Positions 16,440-25,846 of a stretch of 41,240 nt of DNA are shown in pieces. The stretch is from contig JBKJOZ010000133.1 of the NCBI GenBank assembly GCA_046595315.1, positions 1 to 41,240 of the forward strand, written 5' to 3'. Each line of letters begins with the position of its first letter. Positions within the stretch are counted from its first letter, which is position 1. A program made the translations under genes and the position numbers. This DNA is from Limisphaerales bacterium. Lineage in GTDB: Bacteria > Verrucomicrobiota > Verrucomicrobiia > Limisphaerales > CANJXF01. The notes beneath the pieces are model-generated. The model was not told the origin of the DNA. It was given only the letters and a program-made list of their open reading frames with translations, and made no database searches.

Positions 16440-17987
16440 GTGAAAATTCAGCGTGCGCTTATTTCTGTTTTCGACAAAACTGGCTTGCTCCCTTTTGCGC
16501 AAACTTTGCGCGATGCCGGTGTGGAAATTATTTCCACGGGCGGCACGGCGAAATTTCTTCGTGAACAGGGAATTACCGTCAGCGACTTGAGCGCCTACAC
16601 CGGCTTTCCCGAAATGCTCGATGGCCGGGTCAAGACGTTGCATCCGAAAATTCACGGCGGCTTGCTCTACATTCGCGGCAATGCCGAACATGAAGCCGCG
16701 ACAAAAAAGCACGAAATCAAACCCATCGATTTGGTCGTGGTGAATCTTTATCCGTTCGAGCAAACCGTCGCAAAGCCGAACGTTACTTTGCCGGAAGCGA
16801 TTGAAAATATCGACATCGGCGGGCCTTCCATGCTGCGCAGTGCGGCTAAAAATCACGAAAGCGTGACGGTCATTATTGATCCAACGGACTACACTGAGGT
16901 GTCGAACCAAATCAAAGTAAACGGAAATACTGCGGCGCAATTTCGGCAGAAGTTGGCCGCCAAAGTTTTTGCGCGCACCTCCGCTTACGACGGTGCGATT
17001 GCAAAATATTTGGCGAAACAATTTGGCGGAAACGAAAGCGCGTTTCCTGACGAAATAATAATTTCTGCGACAAAATCGCAATCACTCCGCTACGGAGAAA
17101 ATCCACACCAGCAAGCCGCGCTTTATGGAGATTTTCAAAATTTTTTCCAGCAATTGCACGGAAAGGAACTTTCCTACAACAACATTCTGGATCTGACGGC
17201 TGCCGCGAGTTTGATCGGCGAATTTTCCGGCGAATTGCCGACACTTGCTATTTTAAAACACACCAATCCGTGCGGAGTCGGGCGCGGGGAAACTTTGCGC
17301 GAAGCGTGGGCACGCGCGTTTGCCACGGACAAACAAGCGCCGTTCGGCGGAATTATCGCCACGAACCAAACGTTGGACTTGGCTTGTGCCGAGGCGATTT
17401 CAGAAATTTTCAGCGAAGTGATTGTCGCGCCGGATTTTGCGCCGGACGCATTGGCTTTGTTGCAGAAAAAGAAAAATCTTCGACTGATCAAGTTGTTGAA
17501 AACTCCGTCAAAAGCGGATGTTCTCGAGGTGCGGAGTGTGACGGCGAATTCATTTTTAATACAGGAACGCGATTTGAAAACGATCACGGTAAACGATTTA
17601 AAAATCGTCACGAAACGGAAACCAACTGAGGCCGAATTGGAAGCGATGCTTTTCGGCTGGCGCGTGGTCAAGCATGTGAAATCAAACGCAATTGTTTACG
17701 CTTCAGATTGTTCTACTTTGGGAGTCGGAGCAGGTCAGATGAGTCGCGTGGATTCGAGCCGGATTGCGGTTTGGAAAGCGGGTGAAGCCGGTTTGTCGTT
17801 AAAAGGGAGCGTGGTGTGCAGCGATGCTTTTTTCCCGTTCGCCGATGGATTGATTGCCGCCGCGGAGGCGGGAGCAACCGCCGCGATTCAACCGGGCGGT
17901 TCCATGCGCGATGCTGAGGTCATTGCAGCGGCAGATGAGCGCAATCTAGCGATGGCGTTTACGGGCATCCGACACTTTCGGCACTGA
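16440..17987 (+). CDS. purH: Bifunctional AICAR transformylase/IMP cyclohydrolase
   Basis: [74 protein letters not shown]-terminus. GTG start at 16440. Confidence 0.98.
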   Translation: MKIQRALISVFDKTGLLPFAQTLRDAGVEIISTGGTAKFLREQGITVSDLSAYTGFPEMLDGRVKTLHPKIHGGLLYIRGNAEHEAATKKHEIKPIDLVVVNLYPFEQTVAKPNVTLPEAIENIDIGGPSMLRSAAKNHESVTVIIDPTDYTEVSNQIKVNGNTAAQFRQKLAAKVFARTSAYDGAIAKYLAKQFGGNESAFPDEIIISATKSQSLRYGENPHQQAALYGDFQNFFQQLHGKELSYNNILDLTAAASLIGEFSGELPTLAILKHTNPCGVGRGETLREAWARAFATDKQAPFGGIIATNQTLDLACAEAISEIFSEVIVAPDFAPDALALLQKKKNLRLIKLLKTPSKADVLEVRSVTANSFLIQERDLKTITVNDLKIVTKRKPTEAELEAMLFGWRVVKHVKSNAIVYASDCSTLGVGAGQMSRVDSSRIAVWKAGEAGLSLKGSVVCSDAFFPFADGLIAAAEAGATAAIQPGGSMRDAEVIAAADERNLAMAFTGIRHFRH

Positions 17988-18011
17988 AGTCTCGCCAGCA
18001 GTTTCGCCCAA

Positions 18012-18401
18012 CTAGCCGAGCAAATAATAGATGAGGGCGAATTGGCTTAGGCACAACAGAGCCAGCGCCATCCATGTCAACCATTCGCGAAGGCCCAAAC
18101 TTTTCTGCTGCGTTGCGCTGAGTCCAAACAAAATTTTCGCGAGTCCGATTTCGATTACGTCACCGTTGCGCAAGGCGGCCTGTTGAACGGTTTTTCCATC
18201 CATCACCACAGTGGTGCTGGGTTCCGTGACCAACGTAAAACCTTCCAGAGAAATAAGCTGGATTTGAAAATGTTTTTCCCACACGCCCGGATCGTCGAGG
18301 GAAAGTCCGCAAGCGGTAGAGCGTCCCACGTAGAAAGGAAAACGGCGGACAACCATTTCGGTGCCCGCCTTTTTGCCGGAAAGAATTTTAAGCTGGATCA
18401 T
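18012..18401 (-). CDS. FHA-domain membrane protein (degenerate)
   Basis: FYVGRS...[10 protein letters not shown]...[11 protein letters not shown]-terminal TM helix; TAATG overlap with the upstream OPX gene. Confidence 0.8.
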   Translation of the reverse strand: MIQLKILSGKKAGTEMVVRRFPFYVGRSTACGLSLDDPGVWEKHFQIQLISLEGFTLVTEPSTTVVMDGKTVQQAALRNGDVIEIGLAKILFGLSATQQKSLGLREWLTWMALALLCLSQFALIYYLLG

Positions 18402-19003
18402 TAAAAATAGCGGCGCGGCACATGGATGGTATCGCCGGGGTAAACCGGCAAATCCAATCGCGGATTACGCAATGCTTTGTCGCAATCAACGGTCAAAGTT
18501 TTTCCATTGGCGCGGGTGAGAATGACTTTATTACGACGAGCGAATTCGGTGAAATCACCCGCTGACTGAATGGCTTTGATTACGGTCGTGCCTCCGACAT
18601 ACACATCGCGTTTTGGACTCCGGACTTCGCCACCGACCGAATAATAACGTTCCGGCGCTTTGACGGTTACGTTCATCGAAACATAATATTTGCTGTAGGC
18701 TTTTTGAATTTCTTTTTGGAGTTCGCCGGTCGTTTTTCCTGCGGCCTGAAAAGTGCCAACCAATGGGAGGGTAATGCTGCCGTCCCCTTTGATCTGCTCT
18801 TCGTGCGGCGATATTTGGCGTTCGCTCAAGTTTGAGAAGTCAATTTTCACCGTATCGCCAATGCGTAAAGTGTCTTCTCTCGTCGCAGCCTCTGGATCGG
18901 GTTCTTGATAAACGGCCCCAGTTTCGCATCCGGTTAAACCACAAGCTATGACCAGCGAGAAAAACCACAAACCAACCCATTTCCGTATGTTCATATTACT
19001 CAT
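18401..19003 (-). CDS. Polysaccharide export (OPX/Wza-family) lipoprotein, short Poly_export + SLBB form
   Basis: Lipobox LTGC; LRIGDTVKI, DGSITLPLVG, AAGKT, VGGEVRSP, AGDFTEFA, VYPGDTIHVP. Start ATG at 19003 or 18994. Confidence 0.88.
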   Translation of the reverse strand: MSNMNIRKWVGLWFFSLVIACGLTGCETGAVYQEPDPEAATREDTLRIGDTVKIDFSNLSERQISPHEEQIKGDGSITLPLVGTFQAAGKTTGELQKEIQKAYSKYYVSMNVTVKAPERYYSVGGEVRSPKRDVYVGGTTVIKAIQSAGDFTEFARRNKVILTRANGKTLTVDCDKALRNPRLDLPVYPGDTIHVPRRYF

Positions 19004-19022
19004 TTTACAAACTAGGTGCGTT

Positions 19023-21158
19023 TCAAGTTTTGACAATTTCGCGCTTTTTTGCCGCTTTACCGGTTTTGACACCGAGCTCGTCATCTTGTTTAGAATATTC
19101 GTAAAAACCGCTGTAATAATAATAATTTTCGTCCTGACTCATGTTGATGTTGTTCAGAACAATTCCAAGAAGGTTGCCGCCCACTTTTTGCACCATTTGC
19201 TTGGCGCGGAGCGTCATCGGTTGCGGATAGCGGCGGTATTGAATGACCTGCAAAACCATGTCCATCTCGCTGGCAAGAATGGAAGCATCACTGACACCCA
19301 ACAACGGGGGCGAATCGAAAAACACGAAGTCATAACGCTGCTTAAGTTCGAGAATGAGTTCTTTCATTTTTTCGGAACTCAAAATACCCATGGAGCTGCT
19401 CGGTAATTTTCCGCTGGGCATAAAATCCAATGTCGGAAGTTGAGTTCGCTGGATGACTTCTTCGAGCGAATTCTGTTTCAGTAAATAGTTGGTCAGCCCG
19501 ATGGAGTTCGAGAGCTTTAATACTTTATGGATGCTGGGCCGGCGGAGATCTGAATCCACCACCAGACAACGACTCCCGTTTTGGGCGAAAATGGTGGCAA
19601 GATTCAAAAGAGTAGTTGATTTGCCTTCACCGGCGCCGCCACTGAGAACGGAAAGGGTGTTAAACTTTTCATCTTTGCGCGAGAACAGGACATTCGTCCG
19701 CAAAACGCGATAAGCTTCAGCGTGCGGAGTATCTGGGCCTTCTTCGAGCAACACCCCGACATTTTGCGGAATGACACCCAGCACCGGAGCTTGGAGCGCG
19801 CGTTCCACGTCATCAATCGTCTTCACGCTCGTATCGAGATATTCAATGAAGAAGGCAAGACCGACTCCAACGATTAACCCAACGATTACGCCTAAACCGA
19901 TGTTAAAAAGTTTGTTGGGTTTGACCGGCCGTGGATTGAGCACCGCTTTGTCAGTGACCTGAACAATGGATGAGGTGGGCAATTCAGTTTCGATGCTTTC
20001 CGAAGCAATTTTTAAGGTGAGCGCGTCTTTGACCCGTTGCAAATTTTCAAGATCGCGTTTGGCATCAAAATAGGGGCGATATTTCGCAGCAACCAAGTTT
20101 TCATTCTCGCGAGCAGCGCGAACTTGAGATTCCGCTTCGGTCAGTCGTGCTTTGAACCGCTCGGTGCGAGTTTTTAGTCCAATCAGAATACCATCAATTT
20201 TCTCGTCAAGCTGGGTAGATACCAAATCAACAATGGCTTGCGCCTTTTTCACCTCGGAATGTTCAGGAGTATATTCTTTGAGCAAGGACGTGAGTTGCTG
20301 CTGACCTGACCCTAATTTTTCGGCGAGAGTTGTGAGTTGGGTATCAAAAGGATAAACCGTGGCCAAGGACGTTCGGAGTTGGGCACGGCTCAATTTACTG
20401 ACACTGGCTAGCAAGGTTGCCTCGTCATCATACTCACCTTGGGCTTTGAGGCGGGCTTGCTCCAAGCTCCGCAAGGTATCGGTGTTCAACAGCGTGGTGC
20501 TGATCGTTGAGCCGTCCAGGTCCGGAATGTCATTAGTCCGCCGTAATTCATCAAGTGAATGCTTGGCAATTTCCGCTTCTTTTTCGCGTTCTTGAAACTG
20601 TTCACGCAGAGAGGCAACTCCCTCTTCGCGGGATTGCTTGCGTTCTTTCAAACGACTTTCGCGATAGACGTCAGCCACGGTATTAGCGATTTCCGCAGCT
20701 TCCTTCATGTCCGGACTGTAAACCCAAATTTCGATCAAACTGGTGTTGCGTGATTGGCGCACACTAATTTGTCCTTTTAAAATCTCGTAAGTTTCTTCCG
20801 TTTTCAGTTCTGGAACTCCCAAGCGAGGTGCCCATCGTTCGTTCAAACCAAGTTTTTTGACCACTTCGTTCAGAACGGATGAAGATTGGATGACTTCAAA
20901 TTCGGTTTGCAGCCAATACGGGTCGTAGGAGGAAAAATTTTGTTTGTTATCGATGCCGCTTACCACAGGAATGTCTTTTTCAACCTTGATCCGGGCCCAA
21001 CTGGCGTACGTTTTGGGATACATAAACGTCACGGCGGTGGTCGTAATCACGACAAGAAGAAAAACGAGTAAAATGACCGTTTTACGCAAACGGATGATGC
21101 GCCAGTAGTCCAGAAAATGAAGTTTCATCTCTGGGGCATCAGGTAATTTAGTATCCAT
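19023..21158 (-). CDS. wzc: Wzc-like polysaccharide co-polymerase / BY tyrosine kinase
   Basis: Two TM helices flanking a coiled-coil periplasmic domain; EAYRVLRTN, GEGKS (Walker A), DSDLRRP, DSPP, C-terminal Tyr cluster NYYYYSGFYEY. Confidence 0.92.
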   Translation of the reverse strand: MDTKLPDAPEMKLHFLDYWRIIRLRKTVILLVFLLVVITTTAVTFMYPKTYASWARIKVEKDIPVVSGIDNKQNFSSYDPYWLQTEFEVIQSSSVLNEVVKKLGLNERWAPRLGVPELKTEETYEILKGQISVRQSRNTSLIEIWVYSPDMKEAAEIANTVADVYRESRLKERKQSREEGVASLREQFQEREKEAEIAKHSLDELRRTNDIPDLDGSTISTTLLNTDTLRSLEQARLKAQGEYDDEATLLASVSKLSRAQLRTSLATVYPFDTQLTTLAEKLGSGQQQLTSLLKEYTPEHSEVKKAQAIVDLVSTQLDEKIDGILIGLKTRTERFKARLTEAESQVRAARENENLVAAKYRPYFDAKRDLENLQRVKDALTLKIASESIETELPTSSIVQVTDKAVLNPRPVKPNKLFNIGLGVIVGLIVGVGLAFFIEYLDTSVKTIDDVERALQAPVLGVIPQNVGVLLEEGPDTPHAEAYRVLRTNVLFSRKDEKFNTLSVLSGGAGEGKSTTLLNLATIFAQNGSRCLVVDSDLRRPSIHKVLKLSNSIGLTNYLLKQNSLEEVIQRTQLPTLDFMPSGKLPSSSMGILSSEKMKELILELKQRYDFVFFDSPPLLGVSDASILASEMDMVLQVIQYRRYPQPMTLRAKQMVQKVGGNLLGIVLNNINMSQDENYYYYSGFYEYSKQDDELGVKTGKAAKKREIVKT

Positions 21159-21163
21159 ACATC

Positions 21164-21199
21164 AAAAAAAATAAGAGGCTGAAATGTGCAGCCTCTTAT
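21164..21199 (-). terminator. Intrinsic terminator-like hairpin between the OM barrel gene and wzc
   Basis: Minus strand ATAAGAGGCTG-CACATTT-CAGCCTCTTAT followed by TTTTTTT. Confidence 0.75.
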
Positions 21200-21218
21200 C
21201 TAAATATCAAATTTTTAT

Positions 21219-22508
21219 TTAGTATGTGGCGCGGACACCAAGGTAAACCCTGTTACGCGAGTAACTTCGGCCGAGAACATCCGAATCCAACCGATCGAAG
21301 TTATAGCCTGCCTCAGCCAAAAGATGAGGATTAAAGTGGTAAGTAAGATTTAATCCGCTGATGAGAAAATACTCAACATCTCCGTCAGCTGAACCGCCTT
21401 GAAAAGTGGATCTCTGACCTTGCACGAGCAAACTTCCGACCAAATTTGGGGTAAATTTGTGATTGATATTCCCATAAATGGCAGTGGCTTCCTGATCCAA
21501 CGTCGTTTGGTTCGCGGAATCAAATGAAGCGACGTCAGTCCGATTGCGGGTGTGATTAATTCCAACCTGAATATAATCGCCGCGGCCATACTGGTAGGTC
21601 AAATTAGCATCAGCATACGGGCTAATGCTGTTATCTCCTTGATTGTAATAGTCAGTATATTGGCCGCCGACACGGATCGAACCGTTTAACCGTGAGCTAA
21701 ATCGATGATCCGCTCCAACATACACTTGATGAGAGCGGCTGTTGCGAATGTCAGCCGAAATCGTCTCGCCAGTATCGGTGTTAAGCCCAACTTTTTCATT
21801 ACTGGTAAAATCCACCATCCCAAATGAATAGCCCACAATGCCATCGGTTTCCGGCAACATTTGCCAGCGCAGGTCAATCGAAGCTTTTTGCTCGATGCGA
21901 TCTAACAACGCAGAGCGACTTGGGGCTGCCGCTTGATCGAATTCATCACCATTATTTTCCTGCTGGTAATCGTAAAATGTATTCGCGTAACCCAGTTCCA
22001 ACGCAAGCAACTCAGTCATTTGCGCCGAAAAGTCAATTGATCCCAAATTACGGATGTTGTCTCCATCCGTCCGCAACGGCGTTGCAAGTGCTCCACCACC
22101 GGGGCTGAGAACTTCTGGTTCTTGAGCGATAACGAAAGAATCATTTACTTCGATTTTGTAACGCTCGCTGAAAGAGTGATCGAGACGCAGATCAAATTTA
22201 TGGCTCTGGTCGTAGTGGTCAGGGCGGCGGTCTTCGTAGTATTTCAGCGAATATTCGTAGCTGACACCGAAAAATGTTTGATCGAATGGCAGATTGAGGG
22301 AAACAGAAGGCGTGAATTCGTATCCAAAAGACTCCCGCTTAATGTCGTTAGGAGAGGTCGTGTAATTGTCATCGTAAAACCCACGCAAGGCAGCAGAAAC
22401 GCTCCAGGGTTTCGAGGATTCGATGGCGCTCAGATCATGACTAATTGCGCCATGCACTCCCGATATACTAAGCGCAACCAAGCCCGTGGAAGTTAGAAAT
22501 TTTTTCAT
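21219..22508 (-). CDS. Outer-membrane beta-barrel associated with polysaccharide export
   Basis: Signal peptide, YDDN motif, alternating beta-strands, C-terminal NRVYLGVRATY beta-signal; directly upstream of wzc and OPX. Confidence 0.85.
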   Translation of the reverse strand: MKKFLTSTGLVALSISGVHGAISHDLSAIESSKPWSVSAALRGFYDDNYTTSPNDIKRESFGYEFTPSVSLNLPFDQTFFGVSYEYSLKYYEDRRPDHYDQSHKFDLRLDHSFSERYKIEVNDSFVIAQEPEVLSPGGGALATPLRTDGDNIRNLGSIDFSAQMTELLALELGYANTFYDYQQENNGDEFDQAAAPSRSALLDRIEQKASIDLRWQMLPETDGIVGYSFGMVDFTSNEKVGLNTDTGETISADIRNSRSHQVYVGADHRFSSRLNGSIRVGGQYTDYYNQGDNSISPYADANLTYQYGRGDYIQVGINHTRNRTDVASFDSANQTTLDQEATAIYGNINHKFTPNLVGSLLVQGQRSTFQGGSADGDVEYFLISGLNLTYHFNPHLLAEAGYNFDRLDSDVLGRSYSRNRVYLGVRATY

Positions 22509-22621
22509 AATAAATCGTCTCACCCAAAAATGCTTAAAAACGTCCAAAGCATTGTTTTACGACAGTTAAGGAGTTCTATCTCGGAATCAATCATTGTCAA
22601 ATATTCTTTTGGTTTTGTACA

Positions 22622-24472
22622 CTACTCCGCACCCGTTGTCCACCGCTCCCAATCGGTCAAAAAGAACTGATCCGGCAAAAAGCCAGCGGGCGATTTTTTC
22701 AAAGGAAAACCATCGGGCACTTCTCCTTTGGACAGGCTTTCCAACACAAAACGGCCCCAGCTTTGGCGATCTTTAACCATTTGCGAAAGAAACCGGCCGT
22801 CCATCGTCTTTGGCGTCAGGTAAAGTGCCTGAACGGTTTTGACATCATCATTCATCCGGAAAAACTCGTTCGGGTAAGTCTGCGACAGCGGCACGCATTG
22901 ACGATTTCCGTACCAAGCGACGGCCCAAGGCACATCACTCATCATCAATTCATTTTTACGCATCCATCGAGATGTTTCCTGGATAATCGGCGGATAATAT
23001 GGTGGATAGCCGATCGGATTCGTTCCCGGCGGGAGAACGGTAAAAACCAATGGCAGCGATATGATTCCGCAGAAAAACAGGGTAATGGCGTAAGGAAGAA
23101 ACGGTTCGGAAAATGTGACCCGTCGGTGCAAATCAAAATAAAGGGCCACGCCAAAAGCGATGACCAACGGAGCCGTCAAAATTAACAAATTTTCAGAATT
23201 GATTTGCGGCGAGTCTGCGCTCAAGTGGGTCTGCCCCAGCGCTTGGGCACACAACAGAACTCCAAAAGAAAATAGAAGAAACACCCTCAGTTGGGACTGC
23301 TCTTTTCTTTCCAGCGGAATCAGCAGGCCAACCATAAAAAAAGCGGTGAGCCAACTTCCCCCCAAACGCAGCAATTCATTTTCAAAAATGTTGCGGGTGT
23401 TCACCATAAATTTTCTGAGGTAATCGGCGAAGAAAACTTTGCTGAAAATAGAGTCCGAATCCATCGAACGTTCCAAGCGCGTTTCCTGAAAAGCGGGTGT
23501 GTTCTGGCAGATGGCATAACCGGCCGTGCCAAATAAATTTCCGCTGAGCGAATAATTACGAATCAGCCACGGCGAAATCATGAGAAGGAATGTGACGATG
23601 GCGGTGAGGTAAAGTTTGCGGCGCGACGCATTTTCGAGGAGAGAAATAAAAATCAGGACGGGCAAGATCAACCAACCGAAACTGTAGCGTGTCATGCAGC
23701 CAAGCCCGACCAAAATTCCAGCCAGAATTGTCCAAAAGATTTGTTTGCCGGATTTTTCACGAATGGCGCAATCCAGTTGCAAGAGAGCCCAAGTCAGAAC
23801 TAAAAAAATCAAGAGCAGCAACAGAGTTGAAAGTCCCGAAATGCTCAATCGCCAGAAAAGTTCGGTGGCCACAAAGAGCAGCGCCGAAATCCACGCGACG
23901 GCACGGTCGAATAATTGGCGCGCAATTAAAAACAAAACCACCGCCGCGAAAAAAAATAAAATCTGGTTGAGGGCGGCGATCCAAAGCTCCGGGGCATAGG
24001 TCAAAAAACTTTTCTTCTTGGAAATTTTGCAATCGATCGGCGCGATTTTCATGAAACCGGCCAAGAGCGTTGGATAAACCGGCGCATTGGCCAAATCGGG
24101 GTGCGTCGTTTTTAAAAACGCGAGATTTTTCAATTGAGTTTGCTCTTTTTCCAATTCCGCTTGTTTTTCCTCGGACAATTTTCCGCCCCCTAGTTTTTTC
24201 TGGAGATCCGCGAATTTTTCATTCGCACGCGCTCCCACCAAAGCCAGGCTGATGGGGCGGACATATTTGGTCGTGTAACCCTGGCCTTCGGAAATATTTC
24301 GCGCCAATTGCGACGCATCCATCGCTTCCTCGGTGTAGAAATTTTTGAAGGACCCAATGTTGTAAAGCAACGCGAGCGCCACAAATGCGAGTGTCGCCAC
24401 GCTAATTCGAAGGGCGCGCGCGCCTTTGCCTTCTTCGAGGAAATAAATCCATTTTTGCAGTCGGGCGGACAT
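22622..24472 (-). CDS. GT-C fold membrane glycosyltransferase (GT39/ArnT/PMT-like)
   Basis: EAMDASQLARNISEGQGY, PVYPTLLAG, many TM helices, PWLIRNY..SG, MMSDVPWAVAWYG; TAATG overlap with the response regulator. Confidence 0.75.
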   Translation of the reverse strand: MSARLQKWIYFLEEGKGARALRISVATLAFVALALLYNIGSFKNFYTEEAMDASQLARNISEGQGYTTKYVRPISLALVGARANEKFADLQKKLGGGKLSEEKQAELEKEQTQLKNLAFLKTTHPDLANAPVYPTLLAGFMKIAPIDCKISKKKSFLTYAPELWIAALNQILFFFAAVVLFLIARQLFDRAVAWISALLFVATELFWRLSISGLSTLLLLLIFLVLTWALLQLDCAIREKSGKQIFWTILAGILVGLGCMTRYSFGWLILPVLIFISLLENASRRKLYLTAIVTFLLMISPWLIRNYSLSGNLFGTAGYAICQNTPAFQETRLERSMDSDSIFSKVFFADYLRKFMVNTRNIFENELLRLGGSWLTAFFMVGLLIPLERKEQSQLRVFLLFSFGVLLCAQALGQTHLSADSPQINSENLLILTAPLVIAFGVALYFDLHRRVTFSEPFLPYAITLFFCGIISLPLVFTVLPPGTNPIGYPPYYPPIIQETSRWMRKNELMMSDVPWAVAWYGNRQCVPLSQTYPNEFFRMNDDVKTVQALYLTPKTMDGRFLSQMVKDRQSWGRFVLESLSKGEVPDGFPLKKSPAGFLPDQFFLTDWERWTTGAE

Positions 24473-25839
24473 TACATTCCTTCCAAATTATAAGTGTGCA
24501 GTTTGCGGTGAAGGGTGCGTCGGCTCATGCCCGTTTTTTGCGCAGCCAAAGTTCGGTTGCCATCTGATTCTTTGAGAGCGCGAATGATCAATTGTTTTTC
24601 CGCCTCTTTGACGCTCAAAATATTTTGCGCGGCACCGATCGCATGCGGAAGAATTCCCACGGTTCCGCCACGCACATTATTGGGCAAATCGCGAAATGTA
24701 ATTTTGTCGCCGCGCGCCAGCACGACGGCGTGTTCGATCGCGGTGCGCAGCTCGCGGACATTTCCCGGCCACGAATAATTCATCATCGCCTCCAATGCTT
24801 CGGGCAGAATGCTGTTCACGCGCTTGTCATTTTCCTTGGCGAATTCGCGCAAGAAACTTTGAGCGAGCAGCGGAAGATCTGTGATCCGGTCGCGCAACGG
24901 CGGCAAAACCATTTCCACCACGCGCAATCGGAAAAACAAATCTTCGCGAAACGTTCCGGCTTTAACGAGCTCTTCCAAATTTTTATTGGTCGCCGTAATT
25001 AACCGCACGTCTGAGGAAATCGTTTTGTTTGAACCGACGCGTTCAAAGGTTCGTTCGCCCAAAAAACGGAGCAGCTTCACTTGCAGGGTTGGATCAATTT
25101 CGCCGATTTCATCGAGGAAAAGGGTTCCGCCTTGCGCTTGCTCAAAACGTCCGAGGCGTCGTTCGTGCGCGCCGGTGAACGCGCCGCGTTCGTGGCCGAA
25201 GAGTTCGCTTTCGAGCAACGTCGGCGCGAGCGCGGCGCAATGAACGGTGACAAGCGGCTGTTTGGCGCGCGGGCTGAGTTGATGAATGGCTTTGGCGATT
25301 AATTCCTTGCCCGTGCCGCTTTCGCCGAGAATCAAAATGGTGGCGCGGGTCGGCGCTACTTGCCGGACAATATCCAAAATTTCATTCATCGCGGGCGATT
25401 CGCCGATGATATTTTCCACCCCAAATTTGGTGTGGAGTTGTTGGCGGAGGGAAACATTTTCAGTTTCCAGATTTTGCTGGCGCAGGGCGCGCGCGATGCG
25501 CATTTCCAGTTCTTCAATTTGCAACCGGCCTTTGGCGATGTAGTCATCCGCGCCGCGTTTCATGGCATCGACGGCCAATTCTTCTGAGCCGTAAGCCGTC
25601 ATTAAAATGCAGATCGGCGGTTTGGAAAGTGACTTGGCTCGCGCGATGAGTTTCATCCCGTCTTCCTGCGGCAAACGAAAATCGGTCAGCAAGACCGCGA
25701 AATTTTCCTGCTCCAAAAGTGTCATGGCCGTGGTGGCATCCTCCGCGACGTAAACGTCGTAATGATCTTCGAGCGCCGCGCGCAATCCTTCGCGCGTTGG
25801 CTTTTCGTCATCCACAATGAGGAGCAGCGGTTTATCCAT
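24472..25839 (-). CDS. Sigma54-dependent response regulator (NtrC/AtoC family)
   Basis: REC domain (IVDDE, TDFRLP, MTAYGS), GESGTGKE, ESELFGHERGAFTGA, FREDLFFRL, WPGNVREL, Fis-type HTH. Confidence 0.95.
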   Translation of the reverse strand: MDKPLLLIVDDEKPTREGLRAALEDHYDVYVAEDATTAMTLLEQENFAVLLTDFRLPQEDGMKLIARAKSLSKPPICILMTAYGSEELAVDAMKRGADDYIAKGRLQIEELEMRIARALRQQNLETENVSLRQQLHTKFGVENIIGESPAMNEILDIVRQVAPTRATILILGESGTGKELIAKAIHQLSPRAKQPLVTVHCAALAPTLLESELFGHERGAFTGAHERRLGRFEQAQGGTLFLDEIGEIDPTLQVKLLRFLGERTFERVGSNKTISSDVRLITATNKNLEELVKAGTFREDLFFRLRVVEMVLPPLRDRITDLPLLAQSFLREFAKENDKRVNSILPEALEAMMNYSWPGNVRELRTAIEHAVVLARGDKITFRDLPNNVRGGTVGILPHAIGAAQNILSVKEAEKQLIIRALKESDGNRTLAAQKTGMSRRTLHRKLHTYNLEGM

Positions 25840-25846
25840 GTCGAAA

